Part shown: positions 27,618-37,278 of the stretch, one piece after another
Numbering within the stretch: the first letter of the stretch is position 1
Layout: every line of letters starts with the position of its first letter
NCBI GenBank assembly: GCA_018304505.1
Contig: JAGVWA010000005.1
Coordinates: 1-63,527, forward strand
Length of the DNA stretch: 63,527 nucleotides
Origin: Nanobdellati archaeon
GTDB taxonomy: Archaea > B1Sed10-29 > JAGVWA01
Direction of reading: 5' to 3'
Made by a program: the position numbers and the translations under genes
Notes under the pieces: generated by a model
Database searches by the model: none
Told to the model about the DNA's origin: nothing
The model's input: the letters and a program-made list of their open reading frames with translations, nothing else

Positions 27618-30254
27618 ATGATAAGCTTCCAAGAGAAAGCTTACTCTGATTCTGAAATCTACAGTGAGCTTAATCCAATAGTTAGCAAGTGGTTCAAAAA
27701 CAAGTTCGGTAGCTTCAGCCCGCCGCAAACATACGCTATAATGAACATTCACAAGCGCGAAAACACGCTCGTGTCAGCGCCAACTGGGAGTGGCAAGACG
27801 TTATCTGCCTTTACAAGCATCTTGAACGAACTCATAACCATAAGCGAAAAGAAGAAGCTTGAAGACAAGATTTATTGTATCTACATTAGCCCATTAAAGG
27901 CACTGTCCAATGACATACACCGCAACCTGGAAGAGCCACTGCGCGAGATGCAAGAACGTGAAGGCCGGGACTTCGGCATACGCGTCTCAGTAAGAACTGG
28001 CGACACCACAACAAGCGAAAGACAAAAAATGGCAAGGGCGCCGCCTCACATACTCATAACAACGCCAGAATCGCTAGCCATAATACTCGCCTCGCCAAAG
28101 TTCAAGGAATCAGTAAAGGACGTAAAATGGGTAATCACAGACGAAATCCACAGCCTCGCAGAGAACAAGCGAGGCACGCACCACGCACTCACAATAGAGC
28201 GCCTTCAAAACCACGCTGGAGAATTCACTCGCATAGGGCTGAGTGCTACCGTTTCACCGCTAGAGAAAATCGCCGAGTTCCTAGTTGGCTACGACACTGA
28301 CGGCAAGCCACGGGACTGTAAAGTAGTCGACGTGCAGTTCATCAAAAACCTAGACCTAAAAGTCTTGAGCCCTGTTCCGGATATAATGCGAAGCGACTAC
28401 GAGACTATCCAAAATGAGACTTACAAACTAATCGACCAATTGATTCAGGCGCACAACACAACCCTAGTTTTCACAAACACGCGCAGCGCCACCGAAAGAG
28501 TAGTCCATCATCTAAAAGACAAGTTTCCAAAAAACTACATAGAACAAGGAGACAACAACACAGGTTACACCATCGGGGCACACCATTCCTCGCTCAGCCG
28601 AGAACACAGGCTCGACTTAGAAAAACGATTGAAGGAAGGGAAGCTGAAGGCTGTGGTTTGCAGCACATCGCTTGAACTCGGGATCGATATCGGAGACATA
28701 GACCTCGTCATTTTATTGGGATCACCAAGATCAATAGCCCGCGCACTACAACGAGTCGGCAGATCTGGACATCAGTTGCGCAGCACGATAAAGGGACGCT
28801 TCATAGTCCTCAACCGTGATGATTTAGTAGAATGTTCAGTAATACTGAAGAACGCGATGGACCACCACATCGACGAAATCCACATCCCAGAAAACGCCTT
28901 GGACGTACTGGCCCAGCAAATCTACGGCACCGCAATACAAGAATCAACACACATCGACACAATATACAGCACGGTAAAACGCGCATACCCGTACAGGAAC
29001 CTAGACAAGCAGGAGTTCAACAACGTAATCAAGTACCTGCAAGGTAACTATCACGGGCTTGAACACAGGCACGTATACGGAAAAATATGGTACGACGAAG
29101 AAACAGGACTGGTTGGCAAACGGGGAAAACTCGCAAGATTAATATACATGACCAACATTGGCACAATCCCGGACGAGTCATTCATTACTGTAAAAATCGG
29201 AGACCAAGCCATCGGAGCAGTTGATGAAGAGTTCTTGAATCGGCTCAAAAGCGGGGACATCTTCGTAATCGGGGGGAACACATACAAGTACAAATTCGCG
29301 CGGGGAATGACAATGCAGGTAGAAGCCGCGCCAGGAAAACGACCTACTGTGCCATCATGGTTTTCCGAAATGCTGCCACTTTCATTCGAGTTAGGAATGA
29401 GCATTCAAAGGCTGAGAAGGCTGCTGGAAGAAAAATTCAAGGCAGGGCAATCGAAAACATCCGTGATAAATTGGCTTAAGGAATTCCTGTACGCTGACGA
29501 CAAAGCCGCGAATTCGATTTACGAATATTTTCTCGAGCAATACAAGTACTCCATAATACCGCATGACAAAAGAATCGTGATTGAAGAAACCAGAATCGAT
29601 GACCGAAAATACGTGGCAGTACATACGACTTACGGCAGACGAACAAACGATGCACTGTCCAGGGCCGTGGCGTTCATGATCGGCAAGCTCAAAATAATCA
29701 ATGTTGGCATCAACTTATCAGACAACGGATTCGTCTTGGAATACAAAGGGCAAGCAAGCTGGGTCAAAGAAGCACTAGAGAGCTTCAGGGATCCTGATTC
29801 ATTGGACAAGTTTCTGCTCGCAGCTGTTGACAAAACTGAAGTGCTTAAACGAAGATTTAGGCACTGCGCCGGCCGGGCGCTCATGATTCTACGGACGTAC
29901 AAAGGCCAACGCAAGACTGCTGGAAGGCAACAAGTCAGTGCACAGATTCTCCTAAATGCAGCAAAGCAAATCGGCCCAGATTTCCCGGTGCTGAAAGAAG
30001 CGCGCCGCGAAGTAATGGAAGACCTAATGGACGTCGAACATGCGAAACTCATCTTGAACGAAATCAATAAGGGCAGCATCAAAATCAAGGAAACACAAAC
30101 CGTACTTCCGAGCCCATTCGCGCTCAACATGGTAATGCAAGGATACTCAGACATACTCAAAATGGAAGAAAAAGTAGAGTTTTTAAGAAGAATGCACGAG
30201 CAAGTACTAGTAAAGATCGCATTGAAGGAAAAACGCGGAGGCATTACAGCATGA
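27618..30254 (+). CDS. lhr: Lhr-family ATP-dependent helicase
   Basis: APTGSGKT, YISPLKALSNDI, TTPES, DEIH, HHSSLS, LELGID, QRVGRSGH, GTIPD. Confidence 0.95.
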   Translation: MISFQEKAYSDSEIYSELNPIVSKWFKNKFGSFSPPQTYAIMNIHKRENTLVSAPTGSGKTLSAFTSILNELITISEKKKLEDKIYCIYISPLKALSNDIHRNLEEPLREMQEREGRDFGIRVSVRTGDTTTSERQKMARAPPHILITTPESLAIILASPKFKESVKDVKWVITDEIHSLAENKRGTHHALTIERLQNHAGEFTRIGLSATVSPLEKIAEFLVGYDTDGKPRDCKVVDVQFIKNLDLKVLSPVPDIMRSDYETIQNETYKLIDQLIQAHNTTLVFTNTRSATERVVHHLKDKFPKNYIEQGDNNTGYTIGAHHSSLSREHRLDLEKRLKEGKLKAVVCSTSLELGIDIGDIDLVILLGSPRSIARALQRVGRSGHQLRSTIKGRFIVLNRDDLVECSVILKNAMDHHIDEIHIPENALDVLAQQIYGTAIQESTHIDTIYSTVKRAYPYRNLDKQEFNNVIKYLQGNYHGLEHRHVYGKIWYDEETGLVGKRGKLARLIYMTNIGTIPDESFITVKIGDQAIGAVDEEFLNRLKSGDIFVIGGNTYKYKFARGMTMQVEAAPGKRPTVPSWFSEMLPLSFELGMSIQRLRRLLEEKFKAGQSKTSVINWLKEFLYADDKAANSIYEYFLEQYKYSIIPHDKRIVIEETRIDDRKYVAVHTTYGRRTNDALSRAVAFMIGKLKIINVGINLSDNGFVLEYKGQASWVKEALESFRDPDSLDKFLLAAVDKTEVLKRRFRHCAGRALMILRTYKGQRKTAGRQQVSAQILLNAAKQIGPDFPVLKEARREVMEDLMDVEHAKLILNEINKGSIKIKETQTVLPSPFALNMVMQGYSDILKMEEKVEFLRRMHEQVLVKIALKEKRGGITA

Positions 30255-30877
30255 GACCTGAACTGGAATTCTTTTCAACAGTCGGAAAACTCAAAGACGT
30301 AGTCAGAACAGGCTGGCAGATTTACCAAATCAAAGACCCAGAAAAAGTCACGTGCCATTCGCATAGACTTGCGCTCATGAGTTACTACTACGCCAAAAAA
30401 CTGGGCTTAGATGAAAATAAGGCAATGAAAATCGCTATAATACATGACATTCCAGAAGCTCTTGCAGGTGATGTACCAATAAACTTGGAAAAAAAACCAA
30501 AAGAATACCCCCATAAAGGAGTCACCACCGAACAAAAACACGAAAAAGAAGTAGATGCACTAGAGAACATGATTTCACACTTGCCACAAGAAGACGCCCA
30601 GGACATCCGGGAAACTTGGGAAGAATACACATACAAAAAATCGCCAGAGGCAAAACTAGTAAAAGAGCTCGACAAACTAGAACTTGCATTGCAGGCCCTT
30701 GATTACGCGCGGGAAAAACGTGGGCCTTATGAACTAGACGAATTTTTGGGGCAGGGCATGAAATCAAGAATAACAATCCCCGAACTCGCAGAACTTTTTA
30801 ACGAAATACAACAAGAGTACAAAAAAGTGAAGGCTAATGGAAACTTTCAAACTTTCCTCGAAGATGGAAATAGTTGA
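30251..30877 (+). CDS. HD-domain hydrolase (YfbR/HDDC2-like 5'-deoxynucleotidase)
   Basis: LKDVVRTGW, HSHR, IHDIPEALAGD, ELDKLE. Confidence 0.88.
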   Translation: MRPELEFFSTVGKLKDVVRTGWQIYQIKDPEKVTCHSHRLALMSYYYAKKLGLDENKAMKIAIIHDIPEALAGDVPINLEKKPKEYPHKGVTTEQKHEKEVDALENMISHLPQEDAQDIRETWEEYTYKKSPEAKLVKELDKLELALQALDYAREKRGPYELDEFLGQGMKSRITIPELAELFNEIQQEYKKVKANGNFQTFLEDGNS

Positions 30878-31568
30878 CCTCGCGCTCTACCTACCAAAAC
30901 ACAAAGCGCTAGTGATCGGAGACATTCACTTAGGATACGAAGACGCGCTTGCAGCGCAAGGAATAATGCTCCCAAAGACACAATACAAAAGAACCATTGG
31001 AAGAGCTGAACGCGTTTTCAAAACGCTTGGCAATGAAAAAAAACAAGTCGAAGAAATAATTCTCAACGGGGACATAAAGCACGAATTCGGCAGGATCAGT
31101 GAACAGGAATGGCAAGACGCGCTCAACTTCCTGGCTTTCCTTGAAAAGCACTGCAGCAAGCTCACCATTATCAAGGGCAACCACGACAAGATCATAGAAC
31201 CGATAGCAACAAAGCGTGGCCACACTGTTGAAACGCAGCGTGCGCTTGACGATGTGTTGGTGTGCCACGGCGACGTGGTCCCAGTTAATGCGCAAGCGTT
31301 TAAGACAATCGTTATTGGCGACGCGCACCCCGCTGTAACCATTAGTGATGGCATTGCGAGCGAAAAAGAGAAGTGCTTCCTCGTTGGGAAATACGGAAAA
31401 TCAGACTTGATTTGCATGCCCTCATTTAACGTGATGACAGAAGGCACAGACGTTTTAGAAGAGAAATTCCGATCCCCATTTTTGCAGCAAGATCTTGGAG
31501 AATTTGAGGTTTACGTTGCCAGCGAAGAAGAAACGATGCACTTTGGCAAGGTCAAGGGCCTTTTCTGA
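30837..31568 (+). CDS. Metallophosphoesterase (Lhr-associated MPE type)
   Basis: GDIHLG, LNGDIKH, GNHD, HGD, GDAHPA, MPSFN. Confidence 0.9.
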   Translation: METFKLSSKMEIVDLALYLPKHKALVIGDIHLGYEDALAAQGIMLPKTQYKRTIGRAERVFKTLGNEKKQVEEIILNGDIKHEFGRISEQEWQDALNFLAFLEKHCSKLTIIKGNHDKIIEPIATKRGHTVETQRALDDVLVCHGDVVPVNAQAFKTIVIGDAHPAVTISDGIASEKEKCFLVGKYGKSDLICMPSFNVMTEGTDVLEEKFRSPFLQQDLGEFEVYVASEEETMHFGKVKGLF

Positions 31569-31791
31569 CCGGCTTCTTGCGCTGAGCTCTTAGTGCAGCC
31601 TCTGCCCTTAATGCAGCATCTGCCCTTTGCGCGAGCCCCGTTACCACACGCCGTTGAATTGCCGCGACCTTCGCTTTCTTTGCCCGGTCCATGAGTCCCT
31701 GTATGACCCGTTCTGCGGCGGCCTCTTCAGCCCCCGGTTTAGCCCTACGCCATAGCTTCCAGCGTCCCTTTGCAGCAGCTTCTTTTACCAT
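31552..31791 (-). CDS. Small basic Ala/Arg/Lys-rich hypothetical protein
   Basis: 79-aa ORF co-oriented downstream of the MW trio; TTTTTATATT box upstream. Confidence 0.55.
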   Translation of the reverse strand: MVKEAAAKGRWKLWRRAKPGAEEAAAERVIQGLMDRAKKAKVAAIQRRVVTGLAQRADAALRAEAALRAQRKKPVRKGP

Positions 31792-31821
31792 ATTGTATTT
31801 AGGAATCCGGAATATAAAAAC

Positions 31822-32148
31822 TTAGACTTCTTCCAAATTCCTAACGTGCTGCATTGCTCTTTGGGCTTGCTGCATTGAATACCGGAATGATGAAGCTTCA
31901 CGTGCAAAGAACTGCTCAGCTTCCCTAACGCCAACGGCTCTGTGATCTCCAGAGTGCGCAGTTATGGTTCCTGCTCGTCCTTCTGAAAACTGCATGAAAA
32001 CCTTGTCTGGCGTGCTGACGTATTTCACGTACCCGCTAGGGGTTTTGTAGAACACAGACTCGTCAATGTGCTGCCTGCCCATCTCAGTCAATAACTGCAT
32101 GTAATCTTGCCGGCTTTCTTGCCAGCTTGCTTCTTCAATCTGCCACAT
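31822..32148 (-). CDS. Small orphan protein, Met-Trp-start family (MW-9)
   Basis: 108 aa MWQIEEA...; GGAGGTGG SD; start abuts the upstream stop (TGA-ATG). Confidence 0.75.
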   Translation of the reverse strand: MWQIEEASWQESRQDYMQLLTEMGRQHIDESVFYKTPSGYVKYVSTPDKVFMQFSEGRAGTITAHSGDHRAVGVREAEQFFAREASSFRYSMQQAQRAMQHVRNLEEV

Positions 32149-32454
32149 TCAACCACCTCCATGAAAAATAATCTGATCTATAGAAGACTCAAATTCTTTC
32201 TTAGCATTAGCAATTGCCTGCTCGCTACTTTTTATAGTCCTATTAATAGCCTCATTACCAACAATACAGGCTGTCCTCAATTTATCACCATCTTCACCAA
32301 TGGCAACTGTGTATTCTGTTAGACTACTACAGTTCTCCACTATCACATCTTCCCCCATATCAAAAACGCTAGTGTCCAATATTCTTGTCCCAACCATATC
32401 CCTGGTTCTTTCCTGTGCATCCCGATTATATCCCAAATTGAAAATTTCCCACAT
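32149..32454 (-). CDS. Small orphan protein, Met-Trp-start family (MW-10)
   Basis: 101 aa MWEIFNL...; GGGGGCGA SD; 2 nt from the upstream stop. Confidence 0.75.
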   Translation of the reverse strand: MWEIFNLGYNRDAQERTRDMVGTRILDTSVFDMGEDVIVENCSSLTEYTVAIGEDGDKLRTACIVGNEAINRTIKSSEQAIANAKKEFESSIDQIIFHGGG

Positions 32455-32456
32455 TA

Positions 32457-32807
32457 TTATTCGCCCCCTAATTCGGCTAGGGCACGTGATCGCACTTCCA
32501 GCGCATCAGTCTCCCTAATCCGTAAGTCTGCGATTTCTACCCTAAGATTTTCTTTGTATGCTGTTACATCATTCGCTCCTGTAATGAGTATTGTTACCGG
32601 TGTTTCCGACACCCGGCGTGGGTCTATTGTCCTGTAATGGACAGCATGATTGCCATTATTGAAAAACGTTCCCATTCCGTTACCTAGATTGACTCCATCG
32701 CCTTTTTCAACTATCTCACGAACTTGTGGAGGTAGCAATTCGTCATATTTCCCCCCCCTCTCCACAGACCATCTATCTGGTGATACATCATATTGCGGCA
32801 TCCACAT
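32457..32807 (-). CDS. Small orphan protein, Met-Trp-start family (MW-11)
   Basis: 116 aa MWMPQYD...; AGGAGG SD. Confidence 0.75.
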   Translation of the reverse strand: MWMPQYDVSPDRWSVERGGKYDELLPPQVREIVEKGDGVNLGNGMGTFFNNGNHAVHYRTIDPRRVSETPVTILITGANDVTAYKENLRVEIADLRIRETDALEVRSRALAELGGE

Positions 32808-32830
32808 TCCCCATCATCCTCCTTTTACTG

Positions 32831-32866
32831 CATTATAGTAGTGTTTACTACTAAACTATAGTGTTT
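32831..32866. promoter_or_regulatory. Operator-like palindrome and direct repeat in the divergent promoter
   Basis: TAGTAGT-GTTT-ACTACTA (32836-32853), outer CATTATAG/CTATAGTG, TAGTGTTT repeated at 32839 and 32859. Confidence 0.55.
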
Positions 32867-32938
32867 TAACTAATTTAAGATTGCGTTTTAATTTTTTATG
32901 ATATAGTTTTAAAAATGTGGCTTGCGTATCTACAGGTA

Positions 32939-33778
32939 ATGGCACTGAGAGATTCGCAGATACCACAAATCGTGGAGTTCGTAAAGCAGGAACCGTGCAC
33001 AATACAAGACATTTCCAAGCGCATCAAGAAGAGTTGGGTCACCACGGACAGTTACGTTAAGGAAATCGCAGACAGGACAGGCCTTATCGCTGTAAAGACA
33101 TTCCGCCAGGGCACCCGCGGCGCGCTGAAGCTTGTCTACTATGTAAACGTTGAAGCGGTGCTAAGCGACACGCTGAAAGATGACCTGTACAACCAGATCA
33201 AAACCAAAAGACGGAAAAGCGATTTCGACTTCATGGACATCTACCAATTCGTTCAAAAAAATGGAAAGCGGAGTTTCGTGGACCAGCAGGAAGAAAACAG
33301 CGCCCATGTCCGCAAGCAACTTGTTCCATTATTCCGGAAGACAAAACACAACCTGTACTGCTTTTCAGGCAACCTGTCATTCCTCAACGTAAAGGCTGGA
33401 AAAACAAGGGTGCTTGATGTGTTTGAAGAGTTGCTCAAAAGAAAAGTAAGGATACACATTCTCTGCCGCGTCAATATTGCGTCTCTGAACAACATTTCCA
33501 AGTTGAATAGCTTGATGAAGAGATACCCTGACTTGATTGAAATAAAACACGCATATCAGCCCTTACGGGGCTTTGTTGCAGACGATGACATTGCGCGCTT
33601 TACTGACGAGGAGCAACTGAAGGACTACAAGCCTGACGAATTAAACAGGAACACGCGCATCATTTACGAAATCACTGACATGGAGTGGGTTTCATGGCTG
33701 CAGAAAGTGTTCTGGAACCTCTACAGGGGATCGATGGACTACACGCAAAGGTTAAAAGAACTTGAGGGTATAATGTAA
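32939..33778 (+). CDS. Transcriptional regulator, winged HTH plus TrmB-like effector domain
   Basis: N-terminal HTH (CTIQDISKRIKKSWVTT); C-terminal YCFSGNLSFL...KVRIHIL...RGFVADD pattern. Confidence 0.65.
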   Translation: MALRDSQIPQIVEFVKQEPCTIQDISKRIKKSWVTTDSYVKEIADRTGLIAVKTFRQGTRGALKLVYYVNVEAVLSDTLKDDLYNQIKTKRRKSDFDFMDIYQFVQKNGKRSFVDQQEENSAHVRKQLVPLFRKTKHNLYCFSGNLSFLNVKAGKTRVLDVFEELLKRKVRIHILCRVNIASLNNISKLNSLMKRYPDLIEIKHAYQPLRGFVADDDIARFTDEEQLKDYKPDELNRNTRIIYEITDMEWVSWLQKVFWNLYRGSMDYTQRLKELEGIM

Positions 33779-33781
33779 ACC

Positions 33782-34249
33782 ATGTATCCCAAAGTTGGGG
33801 GTAAGGCGCCAGAATTTACATTGAAAAACCAAGACCACAAACCCGCGTTTTTGAAGGACTTTGCCGGAAAATGGCTCGTGCTCTACTTCTATCCAAAGGA
33901 CAACACTAGCGGCTGCACAGCCGAGGCGATTGATTTCACCAATGAGCTGACGAAAATCAATAGCATTGGAGCCAATGTACTTGGGGTCTCCCCAGATTCA
34001 GAGGATTCGCACTGCAAGTTCAGGGACAGGCACAGTCTTAAAGTGACGCTGCTTAGCGATCCTGACAAAACAGTTCTGGAAAAGTACGGCGTGTGGCAAG
34101 AGAAATCAATGTACGGCAGGAAATACATGGGCGTCGTCAGGACAACGTTTCTCATTGATCCGCAGGGCAAAGTTGCTCATGTTTGGGAAAAGGTCAAGGT
34201 TCCGGGGCATGTGCAGGACGTAATTGACACGCTAGCCAAACTAAAGTAA
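33782..34249 (+). CDS. bcp: Peroxiredoxin Bcp/PrxQ
   Basis: LYFYPKDNTSGCTAEA, GVVRTTFLID. Confidence 0.95.
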   Translation: MYPKVGGKAPEFTLKNQDHKPAFLKDFAGKWLVLYFYPKDNTSGCTAEAIDFTNELTKINSIGANVLGVSPDSEDSHCKFRDRHSLKVTLLSDPDKTVLEKYGVWQEKSMYGRKYMGVVRTTFLIDPQGKVAHVWEKVKVPGHVQDVIDTLAKLK

Positions 34250-34294
34250 ACCGACCCTGGTTTAAACTCGCGACGGTTGCAAAATCGATATATA
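34248..34294 (+). promoter_or_regulatory. Second copy of the extended promoter element
   Basis: AAACC-gaccc-TGGTTTAAAC-N8-GTTGCAAAATCGATA-TATA. Confidence 0.6.
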
Positions 34295-34316
34295 TTTCAA
34301 ACGTTGCAATCTAGGC

Positions 34317-35168
34317 ATGCGCTGGCTTATCATATTGATTCTGGCAAACCTCGCCTTAGTGTACCTGTACTTACCAGATGCAGCACAGCAGCAAAACAAA
34401 CCCGAACTCTGTAGTGTAAGACTGCAAGACCAAGTAAGTGAAGTAAACGGCACACTGGCCGTTGAATTCATCAACGTGGGCCAGGGGGATTCCACCATAA
34501 TAAAATCGGGGGATGAAACGATGCTCGTAGATTGCGGCCCAAAAGGCGCTTCAGAGAGCGTGCTAAAAACGCTAGCTGAAAATAACATTTCAAGACTACA
34601 AAAATTACTAATGACCCACTCCGACGCAGACCATATCGGAGCATGCAAAGGCATACTCACAAAAACCCGCGTTGATAAAATTATCATCAATGGTGTGAAG
34701 GGGGATACAAAGACATACACGGAGCTCGAGAAAGAACTCAAGTACAGGAACATCAAGGTTGCAGAGCTGTGCGCTATTGACAGCATTGGAGAATCGCAAT
34801 ACCAAATCCTGAACACTGGAAGAGGAAAAAAGAAACACAACGACAACTCAATCGTAATGCTGCTGAAACACGGCCTGACACAATTTCTCTTTATGGCGGA
34901 CTGCGATGGAGACTGCGAAAAACAACTGCCCGCTACAGACATTGACGTGCTAAAAGTTGGTCACCACTGCGGCGCAAGAAGTTCATCCACTGAATTTTTA
35001 GAAAAAACCACCCCCACGATAGCTGTAATCCATGTCGGGAAAAACGGCTATGGTTTCCCGTCCGGCGAGTGCCTTGACCGGCTAAACAAAGCCGATGCGG
35101 AGATTCACAGGACGGACAAGAATGGAAATATAATCGTGACAAGCAACGGCATCAGTATTGAGACTTAA
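34317..35168 (+). CDS. ComEC/Rec2-type MBL-fold hydrolase with N-terminal anchor
   Basis: FINVGQGDS, LVDCG, THSDADHIG, NDNSIV, KVGHH. Confidence 0.9.
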   Translation: MRWLIILILANLALVYLYLPDAAQQQNKPELCSVRLQDQVSEVNGTLAVEFINVGQGDSTIIKSGDETMLVDCGPKGASESVLKTLAENNISRLQKLLMTHSDADHIGACKGILTKTRVDKIIINGVKGDTKTYTELEKELKYRNIKVAELCAIDSIGESQYQILNTGRGKKKHNDNSIVMLLKHGLTQFLFMADCDGDCEKQLPATDIDVLKVGHHCGARSSSTEFLEKTTPTIAVIHVGKNGYGFPSGECLDRLNKADAEIHRTDKNGNIIVTSNGISIET

Positions 35169-35412
35169 CCTTAAATACAATGGCAGAGGAAGATTAACTG
35201 TGTGGTCTGAAAAAGACAAGAAAGATGGTGAGCAGAAAAAAGACGAGAAGACCACTGACACAAAACCACTCGAAATAAAACCCGACGAAAAAAGCTCCTC
35301 AGCAGAAACTGTTACAGAAGCAAGCAAGCACCATGGGTCAGAACTCCTGACATTCATGTTGGTGGCGATTCTAATCATGATACTATTCGACATGCTAATG
35401 AGAAGTATCTAG
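35158..35412 (+). CDS. Charged protein with C-terminal TM anchor (possible GTG-TGG start at 35200)
   Basis: K/E/D-rich segment then LLTFMLVAILIMILFDML; start uncertain. Confidence 0.6.
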   Translation: MRLNLKYNGRGRLTVWSEKDKKDGEQKKDEKTTDTKPLEIKPDEKSSSAETVTEASKHHGSELLTFMLVAILIMILFDMLMRSI

Positions 35413-35523
35413 ATTTTCCTCAACTGTGCAAGCATCGCTTTTTTCCATATATAAAGCTTTCGATATTCTTCGAAACCGAATGCGTGAATAAACCTTAAAT
35501 TCAAGCGTCTCCTTTTCAAGGTA

Positions 35524-36144
35524 ATGTTCAAAGACCGCGTAGAAGCCGGAAGGATACTTGCTGACAAATTGTCAAAATACAAAGGCAACAAAGACGTTGT
35601 AATCCTGGGCATACCGCGAGGAGGCATCATCACGGCAAAAGAAGTCGCCAACGTGCTAGAAGCGCCGCTTGATGTTGTTGTCATAAAGAAAATCGGCTTC
35701 CCTGGCAACGAAGAATTTGCTCTTGGCGCAGCAAGCAAGGACGACTACTACATCGACGAGTCAATCCACAGCAGCTACGGCGTCCCAGACAGCTACATTG
35801 AGAAAGAATCCAAAATCAAGCAGCTGGAGGCCAAGGAACGATATGAAACACTTCGGGGCGCCAAGAAACCAGAGCCCCTGCAAGGAAAAATCGTGATCAT
35901 TATCGACGACGGCGTTGCTACGGGATCTACTATGATCATGGCTGCCCGCGTTATCAAAAAGCAGAAGCCCCAAAAGGTAATTATCGCCGTGCCTGTTGGC
36001 CCACCAGAAACAATCCAACGGCTAAACCAAGAAGCTAATGAAGTGATTTGCCTTGATACCCCACAGGGTTTCATGGCCATCGGGCAATTCTACATGAACT
36101 TTGAACAAACCACGGACGAGGAAGCAAAACAGTTACTGGAATGA
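35524..36144 (+). CDS. Type I phosphoribosyltransferase-like protein
   Basis: MFKDRVEAG, GIPRGG, IIDDGVATGST. Confidence 0.92.
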   Translation: MFKDRVEAGRILADKLSKYKGNKDVVILGIPRGGIITAKEVANVLEAPLDVVVIKKIGFPGNEEFALGAASKDDYYIDESIHSSYGVPDSYIEKESKIKQLEAKERYETLRGAKKPEPLQGKIVIIIDDGVATGSTMIMAARVIKKQKPQKVIIAVPVGPPETIQRLNQEANEVICLDTPQGFMAIGQFYMNFEQTTDEEAKQLLE

Positions 36145-36154
36145 GGACACTTAT

Positions 36155-36964
36155 ATGAAATACCTAACAACGGAATCTGTAAAGCACTTGAAAATCAAGT
36201 CAGTCAAGGTCGACATGACTCATTTTCCAGAGGGCGAACTGTACTTGCGCATCAAGGAAGATCCCCGGGGAAAAGCTGTAACGATAATTAGCAACATAAC
36301 AAAGGACAACTTGCTTGAGTTGCTGCTGCTTGTCGACGCTGCAAAACACGCAGGCGCAAAAATCAAAAGGCTCATTATTCCATACATGAGCTACGCGCGG
36401 CAAGATCGGATCTACACTTCAGGGGAACCGATATCAGGCGGCGTGATTTGCACAGTGCTGAAGAATCTGAAGATTCCCGTAACGATTTATGACATTCATT
36501 CAGAGGCACTGAAGAGATATCTAAAGTTCAAGCCAGAATCAGTGCTTCCGTTGCTAGCGAAAAAACTCCAACGGAAGAAGTTCCTTGTCGTTACACCTGA
36601 CGTTGGCGGAAGGGGGCGCGCTGAACGCATTGCCAACTTACTAAGATTGCCATTGTCTGTGATAAAGAAAACCAGGCGCGGGCAAAACATCTCCATGCAA
36701 TTCAGCAAGGACGTTTCTGGCAGGGACATTCTGCTCGTCGAGGACATGATTAGCACAGGCACTACCTTAATTAAGGCATCACGCTTGCTGAAACAGCACG
36801 GCGCGCGAGACATCTACTGCATTAGCGCGCACGGTTTGTTTGTTGGAAATGCGCGAGAGAAACTGAAAACTGCACCTGTGAAGAAAATCATTGTGAGCAA
36901 CAGCTTGCCGAACAAAAAATCGGCGCAGATAGAGGTTGTCGATATATCAAGCTACTTGCGCTGA
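36155..36964 (+). CDS. prs: Ribose-phosphate pyrophosphokinase
   Basis: FPEGELY, YMSYARQD, PDVGG, VEDMISTGTT. Confidence 0.92.
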   Translation: MKYLTTESVKHLKIKSVKVDMTHFPEGELYLRIKEDPRGKAVTIISNITKDNLLELLLLVDAAKHAGAKIKRLIIPYMSYARQDRIYTSGEPISGGVICTVLKNLKIPVTIYDIHSEALKRYLKFKPESVLPLLAKKLQRKKFLVVTPDVGGRGRAERIANLLRLPLSVIKKTRRGQNISMQFSKDVSGRDILLVEDMISTGTTLIKASRLLKQHGARDIYCISAHGLFVGNAREKLKTAPVKKIIVSNSLPNKKSAQIEVVDISSYLR

Positions 36965-37278
36965 TGATCGCTTTTCCAGAACAAGTTGCACCAGCACTCA
37001 CCACGCTCCCGCCACGTCTTCTGAACCTGGAAGTTGCACGGGCACAGTAACTTGATGTCTTCTTCCATGTCGCCTGTCTTGACGCGGCACGGGCAGTACT
37101 TAAGGCCGTGGTTCTTTTCATTATCCAGTACGCCTTTGGCGAGCTGATGAACAACTGGAACGTTCGGGTTTAGAATAAATGGTTTTGCCCCCTCGCCAAG
37201 TTGCTGCCTGTCAACATATTCTTCCCAAACATGAACAAGGCCATCGATTTCCTTTTCAGTTACTTGCCCATTGCCCAT
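36952..37278 (-). CDS. Ferredoxin:thioredoxin reductase catalytic (beta) subunit-like protein
   Basis: YCPCR...CPC...ECWCNLF six-Cys signature. Confidence 0.92.
   Translation of the reverse strand: MGNGQVTEKEIDGLVHVWEEYVDRQQLGEGAKPFILNPNVPVVHQLAKGVLDNEKNHGLKYCPCRVKTGDMEEDIKLLCPCNFQVQKTWRERGECWCNLFWKSDHQRK

Noticed and set aside
32915-32938. In-frame MW start on the TrmB-like regulator
   Set aside because: The ATG lies too close to the TATA-like box and lacks an SD; the ATG at 32939 fits better, so it was not counted in the MW family.
35200-35412. Possible 15th MW gene (GTG-TGG, MWSEKDK...)
   Set aside because: The start is ambiguous, and the protein is Lys-rich with a TM anchor, unlike the other MW proteins. 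Kept only as a weak candidate.
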